Below, one piece after another: positions 8,257 to 17,098 of a stretch of DNA of 32,000 nucleotides. Location: assembly GCF_001457615.1 (NCBI RefSeq), contig NZ_LN831024.1, forward strand, positions 2,670,001 to 2,702,000, read 5' to 3'. Below the pieces are notes generated by a model. It was not told where the DNA came from and did no database searches. It worked only from the letters and a program-made list of their open reading frames with translations. Position numbers and translations under genes: made by a program. The DNA comes from Pseudomonas aeruginosa (GTDB taxonomy: Bacteria; Pseudomonadota; Gammaproteobacteria; Pseudomonadales; Pseudomonadaceae). Positions within the stretch are counted from its first letter, which is position 1. Every line of letters begins with the position of its first letter.

Positions 8257-9135
8257 ATGCTCGATCTGGTCCTGCTCCGTACCTTCGTCAGCGTTGTCGA
8301 CACCGGCAACTTCACCCGCGCCGGCGAACACCTGCATCTGACCCAGTCCACCGTCAGCCAGCAGGTCATCCGCCTCGAACAGAACCTCGGTTGCCGCCTG
8401 CTCGACCGCAGCCAGCGGCAGGTTTTGCCGACCGAGGAAGGCGAGCGTCTGCTTGGCTACGCGCGGCGCCTGCTGCGGCTCTCGGACGAGGCCAGCGAGG
8501 CCCTCAGCCCGGCCCATGGCGACGGCGTGCTGCGCCTCGGCGTGCCGGAAGACCTCGCCGGCGAAGTGCTGATGCCGGTGCTGACGCGCTTCACCGAAGA
8601 GCGTCCGCGACTGCGCCTGGAGGTCGAGAGCGGTCTCAGCCATCACCTGCTGCGCCTCTATCGCAGCGGCGAGCTGGACCTGCTGCTGGTCAAGCAGTGG
8701 GGGGCCGACAGCGACTGCCATGCACGCTGGGCCGAGCCGCTGGGCTGGTTCGGCAGCGCCACGCGGCCGTTCGGCGAGGGTTCGCCGGAGGAGCCGGTGC
8801 CGCTGGTGGTGTTCCCGGTCGGCGCGCTGTATCGCCAGGAGATGATCCATGCCCTGGAGAGCATCGGGCGTCGCTGGCGCATCGGCTATTCCAGCGCCAG
8901 CCTGGCCAGCCTGGTGGCCGCGGTCGGCGCCGGACTGGGGGTCAGCCTGCTGCCGCTGGGCTGCGTCGGGCCCGAGCATCGCCTGCTTGGCGCGCAGGCC
9001 GGCTTCCCGCCCATCGCTGGCCTGGAGCTGGCGCTCTACGCGCGGCCCGAGCTGGACAGCGCCGGGCGCACCCTCCGCGACCGCCTGCGCGACCTCTGCG
9101 ATGCACGCCTGGAAGGGTTGCAGGGCGAGCGCTGA
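8257..9135 (+). CDS. LysR-family transcriptional regulator
   Basis: ATG at 8257 has GGGAG 5 nt upstream. The N-terminal wHTH is MLDLVLLRTFVSVVDTGNFTRAGEHLHLTQSTVSQQVIRLE. The gene is divergent from the ank-deaminase-MFS operon. Confidence 0.85.
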   Translation: MLDLVLLRTFVSVVDTGNFTRAGEHLHLTQSTVSQQVIRLEQNLGCRLLDRSQRQVLPTEEGERLLGYARRLLRLSDEASEALSPAHGDGVLRLGVPEDLAGEVLMPVLTRFTEERPRLRLEVESGLSHHLLRLYRSGELDLLLVKQWGADSDCHARWAEPLGWFGSATRPFGEGSPEEPVPLVVFPVGALYRQEMIHALESIGRRWRIGYSSASLASLVAAVGAGLGVSLLPLGCVGPEHRLLGAQAGFPPIAGLELALYARPELDSAGRTLRDRLRDLCDARLEGLQGER

Positions 9136-9193
9136 GCGCTGTCTCCGGGCTATGATCCGGCTCCCTCAGCGAATGGACACGGAAGCCCGCCAC

Positions 9194-9709
9194 ATGTCCC
9201 GACCCACCCTGCAAGTCGACCTGCTGGTCGAGTCCTTCAACTACAAGGCCTGGTCCGACCGCCGCACCCTCGATGCCATCGCCCGGATCGACGCCGAGGC
9301 GTTCCCGGCCTCGCTGGCCTTCGCCTTGCAACAGCTCAATCACATGGCGATCGTCGAGGAACTGTTCAGGGCACGCCTGCTGGGCGAGCCGGCGCCCCAC
9401 CAACAGACCAACAGCGAGGTGGTGCCTGGCTACGACGTCCTGCGTCGCCGGCTGGAGGATTCGGCCGCCTGGTTCGCCGGCTATGTCGCCGAGCTGCCGC
9501 TGGAGCGTCGCGGCGAATGGCTGCGCTTCCGCTTCGCCGATGGCCGCGACGGCGGCATGACGCGCCAGGAGATCCTCTTCCATATCGTCAACCATGGCAC
9601 CTACCATCGCGGCGCCATCGGTCATGCCCTCGACCTGGCGGGCGCGCCCCGGCCGGCGGATACCTACACCCTGTATATCCACTCCGCGCAGCCGGAGCGG
9701 CGGGAATAG
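9194..9709 (+). CDS. DinB-family (four-helix-bundle metalloenzyme-like) protein
   Basis: Within the 8849..9709 frame the start is at 9194 (MSRPTLQV...); the ATG at 9173 is an alternative. DinB-like features are present (NYKAWSDRRTLDA..., ILFHIVNHGTYHRGAIGHAL). Confidence 0.75.
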   Translation: MSRPTLQVDLLVESFNYKAWSDRRTLDAIARIDAEAFPASLAFALQQLNHMAIVEELFRARLLGEPAPHQQTNSEVVPGYDVLRRRLEDSAAWFAGYVAELPLERRGEWLRFRFADGRDGGMTRQEILFHIVNHGTYHRGAIGHALDLAGAPRPADTYTLYIHSAQPERRE

Positions 9710-9787
9710 CCCGCGGCAATGGCCGCCGAGCCTCTACGCCATCGCCGAGAAACGACGTGGGGCTCGACCGAGCCCCCGCGCTGCGCA

Positions 9788-9826
9788 TAAAAAAGCCCCG
9801 CGACCAGGAGCTGCAATCGCGGGGCT
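9788..9826 (-). terminator. Rho-independent terminator of oprN
   Basis: A 10-bp stem AGCCCCGCGA/TCGCGGGGCT (9794-9803 / 9817-9826) is followed, on the minus strand, by TTTTTTAT (plus-strand A-run 9789-9794). It lies 38 nt downstream of the oprN stop. Confidence 0.6.
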
Positions 9827-9863
9827 GGAGTGGCCGATTTCCATCGGCCGGGGGATAGCCGGT

Positions 9864-11282
9864 TCAGGCGCTGGGTTGCCAGCCACCGCCGAGGGAGCGG
9901 TAGATCGCCACGATGCCGCGGTACAGCTCGACCTCGGCCTGGGCCTGGGCATCTTCGGCGGAGAGTTGCTCGCGTTCGGCGTCCAGCAGCACCAGGAAAT
10001 CGGTGGTGCCTTCGCGGTAGCGGATCGCCGCCTGTTGCGCGGCGGCGCGGCTGGCTTCCGACTGGCGGACCAGCGAGACCAGGCGCTCCTGGCGCTTGCC
10101 ATAGTCGCTGAAGGCATTCGCCGATTCTTCCAGGGCCAGCAGCACCTGCTGTTCGTAGCTGGCCAGCGCGGCGTCGGCGTCGGCCTTGGCGCCTCGCAGG
10201 CGGGCACGCACGCTGCCGAGGTCGAAGGCGGCCCAACTGATGCTCGGGCCGACGCTCCAGGCGCGGGCGGCGCTTGAGCCGATCTGCGAGCCCCGCCCGG
10301 CGGTGAAGCCGAGGAAGCCGCTGAGGCTGACCCGCGGGAACAGGTCGGCGGTGGCCACGCCGACGTCGGCGGTGCTGGCGGCCAGGCGCCGTTCGGCGGC
10401 GCGGATGTCCGGCCGGCGGCGCAGCAGCTCGCCGGGATCGCCGATCGGCAGGGCCTTGGTGATCGCCGGCAGGTCGCGCGGCGAAAGGTCCACTGTCAAC
10501 TCTTCCGGCCGTTGGCCGAGGAGGGTGGCGATACGATGCCTGGCGCGCTCGGCTTCCGCCTGCAGTTGCGGCACGCTGGCGGCGGTGGCCGCCAGGCGCG
10601 CATCGGCGCGCAGTACGTCGAGTTCGGCACCGACCCCGGCGTCGCGCAGTTGCTCGGTGAGCTGGCGCGACTCCTTCTGGTTCTCCAGGTTGCTCAGGGC
10701 AATCTTCTCGCGCAGTTGCGCGCCGCGCAGTTGGCCGTAGGCGTCCACCAGCTCGGCGATCAGGCTGACCTGCAGTTGCTGCAGGTCGGCCTCGGCCGCT
10801 TCGCTGAGGGCGTCGCTGGACTCCAGCTGACGGCGGATGCGCCCGAACAGGTCAAGCTCCCAGGCGCTATCCAGGCCAAGGTCGTAGCGCTCGCTGTTGA
10901 CCCGGTCCTCGGTCACTCCCGGTTGCTGGCCCTTGCCGATGTCGGCGCTGGCGCGGCTGGTGACCACCGGGAAGCGATCGTTGGCCACGTCGTCGCGCAG
11001 GGCGCGGGCGGCGCGCAGGCGGGCGAAGGCCACGCGCAGGTCGCGGTTGCCGCTCAGCGACTGTTCGACCAACTGGTTCAGGGTCGGATCGTCGAACTGT
11101 TTCCACCACAGGCTTTCGAAGCGGCTGCGGTCGTAGGGCTTGCTCGCCGTGGCGTCGATCTTCGCCGCCGCGGTGTCGGGGGTCCGGTAGTCCGGACCCA
11201 CCGTGCAGGCGCTGAGCGCCAGCAGACTGAACAGACCCAGGGCGGACGCGAGCCCGCTCCGGATCGACTGCGCGTGAATCAT
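9864..11282 (-). CDS. oprN: OprN, outer membrane factor of the MexEF-OprN efflux pump (472 aa)
   Basis: The start MIHAQSIRSGLASALGLFSLLALSAC (lipobox LSAC) is at 11282 and overlaps the mexF stop as ATGA. The protein has two OMF repeats and the C-terminus ...YRSLGGGWQPSA. It is recognised by sequence and by operon context. Confidence 0.95.
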   Translation of the reverse strand: MIHAQSIRSGLASALGLFSLLALSACTVGPDYRTPDTAAAKIDATASKPYDRSRFESLWWKQFDDPTLNQLVEQSLSGNRDLRVAFARLRAARALRDDVANDRFPVVTSRASADIGKGQQPGVTEDRVNSERYDLGLDSAWELDLFGRIRRQLESSDALSEAAEADLQQLQVSLIAELVDAYGQLRGAQLREKIALSNLENQKESRQLTEQLRDAGVGAELDVLRADARLAATAASVPQLQAEAERARHRIATLLGQRPEELTVDLSPRDLPAITKALPIGDPGELLRRRPDIRAAERRLAASTADVGVATADLFPRVSLSGFLGFTAGRGSQIGSSAARAWSVGPSISWAAFDLGSVRARLRGAKADADAALASYEQQVLLALEESANAFSDYGKRQERLVSLVRQSEASRAAAQQAAIRYREGTTDFLVLLDAEREQLSAEDAQAQAEVELYRGIVAIYRSLGGGWQPSA

Positions 11283-14200
11283 GCATGCACCTCTGGCAGG
11301 CCTTTGTCGTTGGCGGCGCGGCGCGCTTCGCGGTTCTCCACGAAGCGGCGGATGAGGACGTAGAACACCGGCGTCAGCAGCAGGCCGAAGAAGGTCACCC
11401 CGATCATCCCGGAGAACACCGCCACGCCCATCGCATGGCGCATCTCGGCGCCGGCGCCGGTGGAGATCACCAGCGGCACCACGCCCATGATGAAGGCGAT
11501 GGACGTCATCAGGATCGGCCGCAGGCGCAGGCGGCAGGCTTCCAGCACCGCGGCGACGCGGTCCATGCCTTCCTCCTGCTTGTCCTTGGCGAACTCGACG
11601 ATCAGGATCGCGTTCTTGCACGCCAGCCCCACCAGAACGATCAGGCCGATCTGGGTAAAGATGTTGTTGTCGCTGCCGGCCAGGATCACCCCGGTGATCG
11701 CCGACAGCAGGGTCATCGGCACGATCAGGATCACCGCCAGCGGCAGGCTCCAGCTCTCGTACTGGGCGGCCAGCACGAGGAAGGCCAGCAGCACGCAGAG
11801 CGGGAAGACGAACAGCGCGGTATTGCCGGCGAGGATCTGCTGGTAGGTCAGCTCGGTCCACTCGTAGGTCATGCCGTTGGGCAGTTCCTCCTTCAGCAGC
11901 TTCTCGATCGCCGCCTGCGCCTGGCCGGAGCTGTAGCCCGCGGCCGGGGCGCCGTTGAGTTCGGCGGTGATGAAGCCGTTGTAGTGCATCACACGGTCCG
12001 GACCGGAGGTGTCGCTGACCTTGATGAAGGACGCCAGCGGGACCATCTCGCCGAGGTTGTTGCGCACCTTCAACTGGCCGATCTGCTCGGGTTCGAGGCG
12101 GAACTGCTGCTCGGCCTGGACGTTGACCTGATAGGTACGGCCGAAGCGGTTGAAGTCGTTCGCGTACAGCGAGCCGAGGTAGACCTGCAGGGTGTCGAAG
12201 ATGTCGCTGATCGCCACGCCGTGGGTCTTGGCCTTCTCGCGGTCGATGTCGGCGTCGATCTGCGGCACGTTGACCTGGTAGCTGGAGAACACCGAGCTGG
12301 GTTCCAGCTCAGGCAGCGCACGGGCCTTGGTGATGATGTTCTGGGTCTGCTTGAACAGCTCCTCGTAGCCCTGGTTGCCACGGTCCTCGATCTGCAGGCG
12401 GAAGCCGCCGATGGTCCCCAGCCCCTGTACCGGCGGCGGCGGGAAGATCGCGATGTAGGCGTCCTGGATGTCGGCGTACTTGGCGTTCAGCGCGGCGGCG
12501 ATGGCCCCGGCCGACTGGCTCGGGTCCTTGCGCTCGTCGAACGGCTTCAGCGGGGTGAACACGATGCCGCTGTTCGGGCTGTTGGTGAAGCCGTTGATCG
12601 ACAGGCCGGGGAAGGCCACCGAGTCTGCCACGCCGGGCTGCGCCAGGGCGATCTCGGACATCTGCTTGATCACCGCCTCGGTACGGTCCAGGCTGGCCGC
12701 GTCGGGCAACTGGGCGAAGGCCACCAGGTACTGCTTGTCCTGCTGCGGGACGAAACCGGTCGGCGTGCTGGAGAAGCCGAAGTAGGTCAGCACCATCAGT
12801 CCGCCGTAGACCAGCAGGGCGATCGAACTGCCGCGCAGGACCCGGTTCACCGTGCCGACGTAGCCATGGCTGGCGCGGTCGAAGAAACGGTTGAACGGAC
12901 GGAACAGCCAACTGCCGAGGAGCTTGTCGAGGAACACCGAGAAGCGGTCCTTCGGCTCGTGGTGGCCCTTGAGCAGGACCGCCGCCAGCGCTGGCGACAG
13001 GGTCAGCGAGTTGAACGCCGAGATCACCGTGGAGATCGCGATGGTCAGGGCGAACTGGCGGTAGAACTGCCCGGTGAGGCCGGAGATGAACGCGGTCGGG
13101 ATGAACACCGCGCAGAGCACCAGCGCCGTGGCGATGATCGGCCCGGTCACCTCGCGCATGGCACGCTTGGTGGCTTCCACCGGCTTGAGGCCGAGGCCGA
13201 TGTTGCGCTCGACGTTCTCCACCACCACGATGGCGTCGTCCACCACGATGCCGATGGCCAGCACCAGGCCGAACAGCGACAGCGCGTTGAGCGAGAAGCC
13301 GAGCATGTGCATCACCGCGAAGGTGCCGATCAGCGACACCGGCACCGCGGCCAGCGGGATGATCGAGGCGCGCCAGGTCTGCAGGAACAGGATCACCACC
13401 AGCACCACCAGCACCAGGGCTTCGAACAGGGTGTGCACCACCGCCTCGATGGAGCCGCGGACGAAGATGGTCGGGTCGTAGACGATGGAGTAGTCCATGC
13501 CTTGCGGGAAGCTGTGCTTCAGCTCGGCCATCTTCTCCCGCACCAGGTTGGAGATCTCGATGGCGTTCGAGCCGGGACGCTGGAAGATCGGGATCGCCAC
13601 CGCCGGCTTGTTGTTCAGCAGCGAACGCAGGGCGTACTGGTTGGAGCCCAGCTCGACCCGGGCGATGTCGCGCAGACGGGTGATCTCGCCGTTGGCGCCG
13701 GCGCGGATGATGATGTTCTCGAACTCTTCCTCGGTGACCAGGCGACCCTGGGTGTTGATCGACAACTGGAAGCTGGTATCGCTCGGCGCCGGCGGCGCGC
13801 CCAGGGTGCCGGCGGCGACCTGGCGGTTCTGCTCGCGGATGGCGTTGACCACGTCGGTGGCGGTGAGGTTGCGCGAGGCGACCTTGTTCGGGTCCAGCCA
13901 GACGCGCAGCGAATAGTCGCCGAGGCCGAACAACTGGACGTCGCCGACGCCGTCGAGGCGGGCCAGTTCGTCCTTCACGTTGAGCACCGCGTAGTTCGAC
14001 AGGTAGAGCATGTCGTAGCGGTTATCCGGCGAGGTCAGGTGCACGACCATGGTCAGGTCGGGCGAGGCCTTGTCGACGGTGATGCCGAGCCGGGTCACTT
14101 CTTCCGGGAGCTTCGGCTCGGTCCGGGTGACGCGGTTCTGCACCTGCACCTGGGCGTTGTCCAGGTCGGTGCCGAGGGCGAAGGTGATGGTCAGGGTCAG

Positions 14201-14467
14201 CTTGCCGTCGGAGGTCGACTGGGAGGACATGTAGAGCATGTTCTCCACCCCGGTGATCGCCTGTTCAAGGGGAGAGGCGACGGTCTCGCCGATGACTTTC
14301 GGGTTGGCGCCGGGGAAGTTGGCGCGGACCACGACGGTCGGCGGCACCACTTCCGGGTATTCGCTGATGGGTAGCTGGAACAGGGAGATGGCGCCGCCGA
14401 TCAGGATCAGCAGCGACAGCACCGCGGCGAAGATCGGCCGCTGGATGAAGAATTGGGAGAAATTCAT
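11279..14467 (-). CDS. mexF: MexF, RND inner-membrane transporter (1062 aa)
   Basis: Starts MNFSQFFIQRPIFAAVLSLLILIGG... and has full-length RND architecture, sitting between mexE and oprN. Confidence 0.97.
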   Translation of the reverse strand: MNFSQFFIQRPIFAAVLSLLILIGGAISLFQLPISEYPEVVPPTVVVRANFPGANPKVIGETVASPLEQAITGVENMLYMSSQSTSDGKLTLTITFALGTDLDNAQVQVQNRVTRTEPKLPEEVTRLGITVDKASPDLTMVVHLTSPDNRYDMLYLSNYAVLNVKDELARLDGVGDVQLFGLGDYSLRVWLDPNKVASRNLTATDVVNAIREQNRQVAAGTLGAPPAPSDTSFQLSINTQGRLVTEEEFENIIIRAGANGEITRLRDIARVELGSNQYALRSLLNNKPAVAIPIFQRPGSNAIEISNLVREKMAELKHSFPQGMDYSIVYDPTIFVRGSIEAVVHTLFEALVLVVLVVILFLQTWRASIIPLAAVPVSLIGTFAVMHMLGFSLNALSLFGLVLAIGIVVDDAIVVVENVERNIGLGLKPVEATKRAMREVTGPIIATALVLCAVFIPTAFISGLTGQFYRQFALTIAISTVISAFNSLTLSPALAAVLLKGHHEPKDRFSVFLDKLLGSWLFRPFNRFFDRASHGYVGTVNRVLRGSSIALLVYGGLMVLTYFGFSSTPTGFVPQQDKQYLVAFAQLPDAASLDRTEAVIKQMSEIALAQPGVADSVAFPGLSINGFTNSPNSGIVFTPLKPFDERKDPSQSAGAIAAALNAKYADIQDAYIAIFPPPPVQGLGTIGGFRLQIEDRGNQGYEELFKQTQNIITKARALPELEPSSVFSSYQVNVPQIDADIDREKAKTHGVAISDIFDTLQVYLGSLYANDFNRFGRTYQVNVQAEQQFRLEPEQIGQLKVRNNLGEMVPLASFIKVSDTSGPDRVMHYNGFITAELNGAPAAGYSSGQAQAAIEKLLKEELPNGMTYEWTELTYQQILAGNTALFVFPLCVLLAFLVLAAQYESWSLPLAVILIVPMTLLSAITGVILAGSDNNIFTQIGLIVLVGLACKNAILIVEFAKDKQEEGMDRVAAVLEACRLRLRPILMTSIAFIMGVVPLVISTGAGAEMRHAMGVAVFSGMIGVTFFGLLLTPVFYVLIRRFVENREARRAANDKGLPEVHA

Positions 14468-14488
14468 CGGTTCTTCCTATCGCCGCGC

Positions 14489-15733
14489 TCAGCCGCGCGG
14501 CTCGTTGCGAGTGGCGTTGTCCTTGGACGCCGCCACCTTCGGTGGTTCGCTGTCGCCGACCGACTGCCGCAGGCGCGCGAGGGTGGCCAGGGTGTCGGCG
14601 CTGGCCATCTCGACCTTCTGCGGATCCACCTGCATGCCCGGGCGGACCCGCTGCAGGCCATTCACGACGATCCGGTCGCCCTTGCTCAGGCCGCTGCGGA
14701 CGATGCGCAGGCCCTCCAGCTTCGGTCCCATCTCGACGGTGCGGTAGACGGTCTTGTTGTCGCCATCCAGGACCAGCACGAACTTCTTGCCCAGGTCGGT
14801 GCCGACCGCTTCGTCCTTGATCAGGGTGGCGGCGTAGGTCTTGCTGCCGACCAGCTTCAGGCGCACGTAGAGGCCCGGGGTGAACTCGCCCTTGGCGTTG
14901 TCGAACACGGCGCGGCCGCGGATGGTGCCGGTACGCGGGTTGACCTGGTTGTCGAGGAAGTCCAGCCGGCCCAGGTGCGGGTTGCCGTCCTCGCTGCTCA
15001 GGCCGAGGTACACCGGGCTCTCGCTGCGCGTGTCGCGACCGGCCTGGCGGGCCAGCTCGACGTACTTGAGGAACACGCGCTCGTCGGCGTCGAAGTAGGC
15101 GTAGACCTTGTCGGTGCTGACCAGGGTGGTGAGCAGGGTCTCCCCGGAGTTGACCAGGTTGCCGGCGGTGACCTCGGCGCGGCTGACGCGACCGTCGATC
15201 GGCGCGGTGATCCGGGTGAAGCTCAGGTTCAGGCGCGCCGCGTCCAGTTGCGCCTGGGTCGCGGCGACCGCCGCCTTGGCTTCCTGGGCGGCGGTGGTGC
15301 GGGCGTCGGCGAGTTCCGCGGAGATCGCGTTGCTGGCGCGCAGGCGTTCGCCGCGCTGGGCTTCGTTGACGCTCCGCGCCTGGGCCGCGCGGGCCTGTTG
15401 CAGCTGGGCTTCGAGGCGCTTGACCTCGGCCTCGAACGGGCGCGGGTCGATCTGGAACAGCAGGTCGCCTTTCTTCACCAGTGCGCCTTCATGGAAGGCC
15501 ACGCGGTCGATGTAGCCCGACACCCGCGGGCGCAGCTCCACCGACTCCGGGGCCTCCAGGCGGCCGGTGAATTCGTCCCACTCGTTCAGCGGTTGTTCGA
15601 TGACTTCGGCGACGCTGACCTTGGGCGCCGCCATGCCTTGGGTGGTTTCCGGGGCCTTGCCGCAGGCGCTCAGGACCAGTACGGCCGCGAGTGCGAGGGG
15701 GTAGCGCCAGGAGAAGTGGGATGACTGTTCCAT
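14489..15733 (-). CDS. mexE: MexE, periplasmic adaptor (MFP) of MexEF-OprN (414 aa)
   Basis: Lipoprotein signal ...AAVLVLSAC is present, along with HlyD/MFP coiled-coil and barrel regions. The gene lies directly upstream of mexF with a 21-nt gap. Confidence 0.97.
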   Translation of the reverse strand: MEQSSHFSWRYPLALAAVLVLSACGKAPETTQGMAAPKVSVAEVIEQPLNEWDEFTGRLEAPESVELRPRVSGYIDRVAFHEGALVKKGDLLFQIDPRPFEAEVKRLEAQLQQARAAQARSVNEAQRGERLRASNAISAELADARTTAAQEAKAAVAATQAQLDAARLNLSFTRITAPIDGRVSRAEVTAGNLVNSGETLLTTLVSTDKVYAYFDADERVFLKYVELARQAGRDTRSESPVYLGLSSEDGNPHLGRLDFLDNQVNPRTGTIRGRAVFDNAKGEFTPGLYVRLKLVGSKTYAATLIKDEAVGTDLGKKFVLVLDGDNKTVYRTVEMGPKLEGLRIVRSGLSKGDRIVVNGLQRVRPGMQVDPQKVEMASADTLATLARLRQSVGDSEPPKVAASKDNATRNEPRG

Positions 15734-15799
15734 GCTTGACTCCGCCAGTCGGTTTTTCGGGATTGGCGAAGTCTGCGGGCTGCTCCGGCAGGGAACTAA

Positions 15800-15836
15800 T
15801 CGAACGACGAGATTTTGATTATCACGAACAGTGATA
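15800..15836. promoter_or_regulatory. Two nod-box-type ATC-N9-GAT dyads in the mexT-mexE intergenic region (candidate MexT sites for mexE)
   Basis: ATCgaacgacgaGAT lies at 15800-15814 and ATCacgaacagtGAT at 15822-15836; the latter is a perfect ATCAC-N5-GTGAT dyad. They sit 67-103 bp upstream of the mexE ATG. LysR/nod-box logic and MexT control of mexE are established knowledge; occupancy is inferred. Confidence 0.5.
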
Positions 15837-15963
15837 CATGGTTTTTCGTTTTCTGTAACAGTCGATGGTTATGGACAGTGCTTTCGATGGAATAAGCCGC
15901 ACACCCGCGGCGCGCGATCGATTTTCCCGTTGCGACGCCTCGTGCGGGTAGCTGCCGGAGGGC

Positions 15964-16878
15964 TCAGAGACTGTCCGGATCGCCGATGAACATGCTGATC
16001 CGCGAGCGCAGCCAGCGTTCGGCCGGATCGTTGTCCTGGGCGCCGCGCCAAGCCATCGACAGTTCGAAGGCGCGGGTCTCGAACGGTGGGTCCTCGGCGC
16101 GTAGGCCGCCGGCGGCGATCAGCGCCTGGGCGGCGTAGTCGGGCACGGTGGCGATGATGTCGGTGCCGGCCAGGAGGGTGCCGAGGCCGTTGAACTGCGG
16201 CACCGCCAGGACCACCTTGCGCTTGCGGCCGAATTTTTCCAGCTCCTCGTCGACGAAGCCGCTGAGGTCGCCGGCGAAGGACACCAGCGCGTGCGGTCGC
16301 GCGCAATAGTCGTCGAGGGTCAGCTGGCCGGGCGCGGAGTCGGCGCGGAGGATCTTCGGCTTGCTGCGGCGCACGGTCTTGCGCTTGGCGTTGGCCGGCA
16401 GTTCGTCGGTGTAGCTGACGCCCACCGAGATCTCCCCCGAGGCCAGCAGGTTCGGCATCAATAGATAGTTGGCGCGGCGCACGACGAGGACGATCCCCGG
16501 CGCCTCCGCGCGCAGGCGGCGGAGCAGGGGCGGCAGCAGGCCGAACTCGACGTCGTCGGAAAGGCCGATGCGGAACACCGCGGTGCTGGTCGCCGGATCG
16601 AACTCGCTGGCGCGACTCATGGCGGTGGAGATGGAATCCAGCGCCGGCGACAGGTGGGCGAAGATTTCCTGGGCTCGCGCGGTGGGTTCCATGCTGCGTC
16701 CGGTACGGACGAACAGCGGGTCGTCGAACAGCGTGCGCAGGCGCGACAGCGCGGCGCTGATGGCCGGCTGGCCGAGGAACAGTTTCTCTGCGGCGCGGGT
16801 CACGCTGCGTTCGTGCATCAGGGTCTCGAACACGATCAGCAGGTTCAGATCGACGCGGCGCAGGTCGTTTCGGTTCAT
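15964..16878 (-). CDS. mexT: MexT, LysR-family activator of mexEF-oprN (304 aa, uninterrupted)
   Basis: Starts MNRNDLRRVDLNLLIVFETLMHERSVTRAAEKLFLGQPAISAALSRLR... The full-length frame has no frameshift. The overlapping 380-aa ORF in another frame was rejected. Confidence 0.95.
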   Translation of the reverse strand: MNRNDLRRVDLNLLIVFETLMHERSVTRAAEKLFLGQPAISAALSRLRTLFDDPLFVRTGRSMEPTARAQEIFAHLSPALDSISTAMSRASEFDPATSTAVFRIGLSDDVEFGLLPPLLRRLRAEAPGIVLVVRRANYLLMPNLLASGEISVGVSYTDELPANAKRKTVRRSKPKILRADSAPGQLTLDDYCARPHALVSFAGDLSGFVDEELEKFGRKRKVVLAVPQFNGLGTLLAGTDIIATVPDYAAQALIAAGGLRAEDPPFETRAFELSMAWRGAQDNDPAERWLRSRISMFIGDPDSL

Positions 16879-17098
16879 GGCGTTCCTCGTTTCCAGGGGC
16901 TAGAGGCTGCAACCGCGGGGGCTCGCCGTCAAGCCTTGCGTGCGAGACGGGGCGGGGCCTGGCGAGGTGCCGGAGGGGCATAGGATCACTGACAGGCATA
17001 GCCATTATCAATAACGACGGGTGGTTTTGTCAGGCATGGGCGGATACAGTCACAACCCATGAGGTTATTCACCCCGTGATGCACTGCAGAGGTTTGCG

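Noticed and set aside
11285-14374. 1029-aa plus-strand ORF antisense to mexF. Similar long antisense or shadow ORFs occur at 484..2076(-), 14453..15724(+), 4062..5177(-), 25375..26349(-), 25650..27875(+), 26355..28127(-), 28600..29850(-) and 17069..18148(-).
   Set aside because: Their translations are monotonous Arg/Ala/Gly/Pro/His/Gln-rich strings with no motifs. Each lies opposite or out of frame to a gene with clear family signatures. Long stop-free shadow frames are expected in >60% GC DNA.
15734-15963. A full ATCA-N5-GTCGAT-N4-ACYAT MexT box upstream of mexE. A GTCGAT hexamer occurs at 15862-15867.
   Set aside because: The flanking ATCA and ACYAT elements are absent at the required spacing on either strand. 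Only the looser ATC-N9-GAT nod boxes at 15800-15836 are supported.
15869-17011. 380-aa minus-strand ORF overlapping mexT in another frame.
   Set aside because: Its composition is Arg/Pro-rich nonsense. The 304-aa frame gives the recognisable LysR/MexT sequence with a wHTH at the N-terminus.
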